Source: an uncultured Chloroflexia bacterium
Lineage (GTDB): Bacteria; Chloroflexota; Anaerolineae; Anaerolineales; UBA4823
NCBI GenBank assembly: GCA_963765565.1
Contig: CAVXWV010000010.1
Span: 197,046-261,045 of the forward strand
Length of the DNA: 64,000 nucleotides
Direction: 5' to 3'
The position numbers were made by a program, and so were the translations under genes. The first letter of the stretch is position 1, and the number at the start of each line of letters is the position of its first letter. Positions 59,786-64,000 of this stretch are shown here, one piece after another. The notes beneath the pieces are model-generated. The model made no database searches and was not told the origin of the DNA. It saw nothing but the letters and a program-made list of their open reading frames with translations.

Positions 59786-59897
59786 GCCCAACATCGGCCT
59801 CCACCTGACGCTGGGGATTCTCCCGGTTTTTGTGTATTTATGGCGTCTCGAATTTGGTTCGCATCCCACCCAGCGCAGGTGAAGCTGGGCGTTAGGT
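59786..59897 (+). other. attC-like site 7 (long, 112 bp)
   Basis: GCCCAACatcggcctccacctgac...gcaggtgaagctgggcGTTAGGT. Confidence 0.55.
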
Positions 59898-60038
59898 GCT
59901 TGACACTTGTTATAGTAGAAAATTCATTCCGAGTCCAATAGATATTACCCCCGAACAGGTTTCCCAAATCACAGAAGTGCTCTCCATGTTTCTGCAAAGT
60001 TCCGGCAAGAAAAATTCAGTAAACAAAGAGGAATAATC

Positions 60039-60657
60039 ATGAAAATAGCGATATTTGGTGCAACAGGTGGAACCGGCGTCGAACTTGTCAAACAGGCTCT
60101 CGAGCGGGGGCATTCGGTCACCGCACTGGTGCGCAACCCTGCGCAATTGGCAGATAAAAGTGATGGTCTTACGGTCATGACTGGAGACATCCATGATTTA
60201 GCGAGTGTTGAACGCTGCATTCAGGAGCAGGACGCAGTGATCTGCGCTTTGGGTGCAAGAGACTTGAAGAAAACGATGATCCGCACCGAGGGCACGGTCA
60301 ACATCATTAGAGTGATGAAGAAGAACAATGTCAGGCGCTTGTTCGTTGTCTCTGCGATGGGTGTTGGGGAAAGTTGGGACAACCTTTCGATGTTCAATAA
60401 ATTTCTATTTGCCATCTTGATGAAAAGCACGCGGGAAGATCATGAAGCGCAGGAAGCCGCAGTGAAAGAAAGTGGCTTGGATTGGACGATCATCCGCCCC
60501 AGTGGACTGGTAAATACGCCCCGCACCGGTGTTTACAGTGTTGGGGAAAATATCGCCGCCAAGACTTCTAAAATCCCCCGCGGATGTGGCTGATTTGATC
60601 CTGAACGATCTGGAAAAGCGGGCACTGGTTCACAAAGCCGTCACGATTACGAATTGA
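60039..60657 (+). CDS. NAD(P)H-binding protein (flavin/biliverdin-reductase-like atypical SDR), one frame break near 60575
   Basis: Track ORF 60039..60593 (MKIAIFGATGGTGVELV). After a C5 run the neighbouring frame continues ADVADLILNDLEKRALVHKAVTITN*. Confidence 0.7.
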
Positions 60658-60697
60658 GAGAACCATTATCGGAAAATACGATATTCGGATGGAAGAG

Positions 60698-62338
60698 CTA
60701 TGCAGCCGGCACGGCGCCGTTTTTCGCCAACCTCCGCTCGATGTTTTTGGACGTGGGCGTGATCGACAAACCGCCCAGGGCAGTGCATCTCAGCTCAGCC
60801 GGCAGACTCTTGCCGACCCTGTCCATCGTTTCGATCACTTCATCCAATGGGATAACCGCATCATAATTCGCCAGTGCCATATTCGCACAAGCCAGCGCAT
60901 TACTGGCGGCCAACACATTTTTGCCCAGACAGGGCACTTCTACCCGGTTCGCTACTGGATCGCAAACCATTCCCATGATATTTTGCAGTGCCATGGATGC
61001 GGCATCGAGAGCTTGTTGGACGGATCCATTGGCTAAAGAGACCAGTGCGGCTGCCGCCATGCCGGAGGCGGATCCGCATTCCGCCTGGCATCCACCGACC
61101 TCCGCCGCAAAAGTTGCGTGAGCCGCAATGAATATTCCTACCATGCCTGCAGCCAGCATGGCTTTCGCCATATCGTCTACGGATAATCCCATGGCACTGG
61201 CTGCGCCAATGCAGGCGCCTGGAAGCCCGCTGCAAGATCCGGCAGTTGGCGCTGCAACGATTACGCCCATCGAACTTTTTATTTCCATCATGGCGGTCAC
61301 ATACAGGATGATTTGGTTCAGGATCCCGCCATCCAGGAGGCGGTGGTGATTGAGCTGTGCCTGGAAAGAGCCCGATTGGCATCCCAAGATACGATCCTGA
61401 TAGGTGGTGCCTTCAATGCCGGCCAGGATCGACCTTTGCATAATCAGGATTATTTCCCTCATTCTTTCCTGCACTTGCTCCTGAGATATGTTTCCCCGGG
61501 CGCTCTCATAAAGGCAAGCCAGTTCCCACAGACACATATCCTTCCCGGCATTATATCGAAGCATTTCGTCACTGGTTATAAACGGCACCGACATTTGGCG
61601 GCGTGACAATACGGGCAAAACTGGTGAGAGCAACTTCAGATACTTGATTCTTTGTCGAGAATACAACCAGGAGACGGCTTCCTCATCCAGGAATTTCCGG
61701 GCTTTGATCTCGATAATCTGGCCCTCCGTCACATTCAGTGAAAGAATATCGTCAAACTCGATAAGTTTTTTTAGTTCCTCAAGGTGTATCTTGCTCGATC
61801 GATCGAAATAGATCAGGGTTTCATAATAATCGCCTGCGATTGACACCGCTGCGCCGTCAATTTCCCGTATTTCGATCATTCCGCCGCCTGTGGAAATGGC
61901 AGTAAGTGTGTGCTGTTCGTCCAAATTCTTGAGTGTCAATTTGTAGGTATTAGGGTGTTCAGCGCCAATATCATGAATTTCAAGGGTTATCTTAATTCCA
62001 GCTTCTCGGAGCGCCTGGTCAGATTGTGCCAGCCTGTCATCCGTGGTATCCCATCCAAGTAGTCCTCCCATCAAGCCCATATCAGACCCCTGACTGAGGT
62101 GGGTGGTGGCCAATGAGCCATTCGTATCATATTCGACCAGTACTTCCTTGATCATTCCACCCATCAAATCCCTGGCAATCCGGCCGATCCTCAGAGCCGC
62201 AGCACAGTGCGAACTCGAAGGTCCGCGCATCACGGGTCCGATCACATCATTGAAGATACTGGGATAACTGCCTCGGAGCTCTTTAATAGGCTTGTTCGAG
62301 TCGTCTGCCCGTGGATTTTTTTTGCGATTTTTCAGCAT
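60698..62338 (-). CDS. sdaA: Iron-sulfur L-serine ammonia-lyase (single-chain beta+alpha)
   Basis: Track ORF 60698..62422; ATG 62338 lies 1 nt after the upstream stop. SIFNDVIGPVMRGPSSSHCAAALRIG and the C-terminal alpha domain are present. Confidence 0.85.
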   Translation of the reverse strand: MLKNRKKNPRADDSNKPIKELRGSYPSIFNDVIGPVMRGPSSSHCAAALRIGRIARDLMGGMIKEVLVEYDTNGSLATTHLSQGSDMGLMGGLLGWDTTDDRLAQSDQALREAGIKITLEIHDIGAEHPNTYKLTLKNLDEQHTLTAISTGGGMIEIREIDGAAVSIAGDYYETLIYFDRSSKIHLEELKKLIEFDDILSLNVTEGQIIEIKARKFLDEEAVSWLYSRQRIKYLKLLSPVLPVLSRRQMSVPFITSDEMLRYNAGKDMCLWELACLYESARGNISQEQVQERMREIILIMQRSILAGIEGTTYQDRILGCQSGSFQAQLNHHRLLDGGILNQIILYVTAMMEIKSSMGVIVAAPTAGSCSGLPGACIGAASAMGLSVDDMAKAMLAAGMVGIFIAAHATFAAEVGGCQAECGSASGMAAAALVSLANGSVQQALDAASMALQNIMGMVCDPVANRVEVPCLGKNVLAASNALACANMALANYDAVIPLDEVIETMDRVGKSLPAELRCTALGGLSITPTSKNIERRLAKNGAVPAA

Positions 62339-62339
62339 G

Positions 62340-63362
62340 CTAGAGTTCCACCGCCGATCCTGACCCTTGCTGCCGGGCCCGTAGATAGACCAGGTTCGCA
62401 GCAGCAAGGTCTTCAATTGCATGACCCATGGATTTGTATAGGGTTATTTCTTCCTCGGTTTTGCGTCCCGGTTTTATTCCTAACAATATCTCACCCAGCT
62501 CTGTCCCAGTCGATGGATCCAATCCGGCCAATTCGCAGCATCCCGCTGGAGGCGGTTCGAAGGATCGCCGGGTTTCCACGATGAGTCTGGCGCGAGGAAT
62601 AATTTCCACTGGCAGTTCGCTGCCTGGCGGGTTGTAACCTACTGAAGTAATATGCGTCCCCGGAGAGATCCAGGCTGCTTCGACAACCGCAGTGTTTGAT
62701 GCAGTACACAGGCACACCACATCCGCGCTCCTCACCGCATCCTCGAATGACTCAACTGGGCGCGCCTTAGGATGTTCCCCTGCCAATTTTTGGGCATCTT
62801 CAAAGAAAAGGGAAGCAATCCTAATCTCCTCGAAGTTTCTGACACGAGACAAGACCCGTAAATGGGATTGGCCTTGAACTCCTGCGCCAATAATGGCCAG
62901 GACCCGGGCATCCTTTCGCGCCAGGTGACTGACCGAGAGTGCTGATGAAGCCGCTGTCCTCATGGCCGTGATATATGTCCCATCCATTATCGCCGCCAGC
63001 GTTCCGCTGGTTGGATCGAAGACACAAATCAAGGCCTGGTGACCAGGCAAGCTCAATTTGTGATTCTCGTGAAAAACAGTAATGAGCTTAACCCCCAGTA
63101 TGGAACCCGGCTGCCAGGCCGGCATGGCCATGAGATAGCCGGTATCCGGGATGATTACCTGGTTGCGGTCTGGAACTATCGCATTGCCTTTACTGAGGGT
63201 CATGAAACCCTCAGCAAGCGCAACCAGGAGATCATCCAGATCCAATAGTTCCTGAACATCATTCCGATTAAGAATTAGCATATCCTTGAGGTCTCCTGAA
63301 TCAAGTGGTTCTCTCAGCGTATTTGATAGATTATACTTCCTGTGCCGGCTTAGCTTGTCCAT
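62340..63362 (-). CDS. Ornithine cyclodeaminase / mu-crystallin family protein
   Basis: 340-aa ORF. ITAMRTAASSALS, LAIIGAGVQGQSH and TLYKSMGHAIEDLAAA are family blocks. Confidence 0.8.
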   Translation of the reverse strand: MDKLSRHRKYNLSNTLREPLDSGDLKDMLILNRNDVQELLDLDDLLVALAEGFMTLSKGNAIVPDRNQVIIPDTGYLMAMPAWQPGSILGVKLITVFHENHKLSLPGHQALICVFDPTSGTLAAIMDGTYITAMRTAASSALSVSHLARKDARVLAIIGAGVQGQSHLRVLSRVRNFEEIRIASLFFEDAQKLAGEHPKARPVESFEDAVRSADVVCLCTASNTAVVEAAWISPGTHITSVGYNPPGSELPVEIIPRARLIVETRRSFEPPPAGCCELAGLDPSTGTELGEILLGIKPGRKTEEEITLYKSMGHAIEDLAAANLVYLRARQQGSGSAVEL

Positions 63363-63545
63363 TGGGTTTTAATCGCTACTGCAAAACTCATTTTTTGACT
63401 TTCTGGAAACCCACTGGAATATACCCATGTCTGGGCTATATGAGCGTATGGAAGCCTTTTAGCCTATATCAGGTATATGTTAAAGGCAGCGCTGAACCGG
63501 TGTCCCGCTCCCGGCAAGTGATTTTGGGCGTTAGCGGGTAACATT

Positions 63546-63743
63546 TCAACATGAATAATGCGCCACAACATCCGTGGCTAACTTCAATACGCTAACTCGC
63601 AACTCTTCGGGTGCAATGACATCTACGGATGCGCCCATTCCCAGTACATATGTTTGAGCCTCTTCAATCCTTTCAAAGGTATAGTCCACTACTCGCCAAC
63701 CTTCCGAAGTCCGGCTGGGCTTGTTCAACAAGCGACCGGACAT
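63546..63743 (-). pseudogene. C-terminal fragment of a WYL-domain (YafY-like) regulator
   Basis: The 65-aa ORF resembles the C-terminal extension of WYL regulators (AQTYVLGMGASVDVIAPEELRVSVLKLA). The upstream part is not readable in one frame. Confidence 0.35.
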
Positions 63744-64000
63744 CGTCTCCTAAAATATAGGGCAAAACAAAATCCACGCCCGCCCACACGCAGGTAACGC
63801 AATCCGTTGGGCGCTAGATTGAGATTGTGATGCTGAAATTCCCAATCAAAGCAAACTCCCCGGCAATCAAATCGTACAAGCTATCCGATCGATGAGTTAC
63901 TTGACTGGGAGAGCACCGAACCGTACAATTTGATCAACTAATCTAGTAAGGCGGTGGGTAGGTATGTCGCCAAGTCTACCCGTCCCCGCATTCCAAAGGA

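Larger units (their letters stand above)
55730..59897 (+). mobile_element. Integron-type gene-cassette array without integrase in the window (CALIN-like)
   Basis: Six attC-like sites plus one remnant, all in one orientation. Each sits at the 3' end of a + strand ORF or group of ORFs. For four cassettes the next ORF starts 35-55 nt after the GTT core. Confidence 0.6.

Noticed and set aside
59856-59875. tRNA T-arm-like string ggttcgcatcccaccc, preceded by an anticodon-loop-like gtctcgaa
   Set aside because: No acceptor or D-arm can be built and the T-stem does not pair. The string lies inside the long attC-like site 59786-59897 and is best explained as part of that element.

Overview
64-kb high-GC bacterial chromosomal window. 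The gene content looks Chloroflexota-like, which is inference only. 1-19.3 kb is housekeeping, sugar and envelope metabolism: SPFH protein, RimI-like GNAT, RNase D, beta-CASP MBL hydrolase, PfkA, three alkaline-phosphatase-superfamily enzymes plus a sulfotransferase, DinB, a GH38-like mannosidase, a TIM-barrel sugar isomerase, DegV and a cupin isomerase. A tRNA-Ser(CGA) at 19283-19373 opens a compositionally patchy accessory region. Its 3' 44 nt recur as a direct repeat at 40919-40962 and, degenerate, at 46340-46367. This region holds three paralogous modules: MalT/LuxR-type STAND regulator, then a conserved ~90-aa protein I cannot place, then small membrane proteins (DUF4386-like and a WYAWKW-ending type), then in copies 2 and 3 an NAD(P) oxidoreductase. 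Two copies share a promoter/operator-like leader. 46.5-53.1 kb carries a PLD + EEP phosphodiesterase pair, divergent from a vWA-PP2C fusion and a Ser/Thr kinase with zinc-ribbon, Pro-rich and glycine-zipper extensions (TerY-P-triad-like). 55-60.7 kb is an integron-type cassette array with no integrase in the window: hicAB, then short + strand ORFs punctuated by attC-like sites (6 plus 1 remnant). The right end has sdaA and an ornithine-cyclodeaminase-family gene. By eye, about 25-30 reading-frame breaks interrupt otherwise well-conserved genes and cluster in a few of them. Either the assembly carries indel errors or several genes are decaying; only reads can decide.
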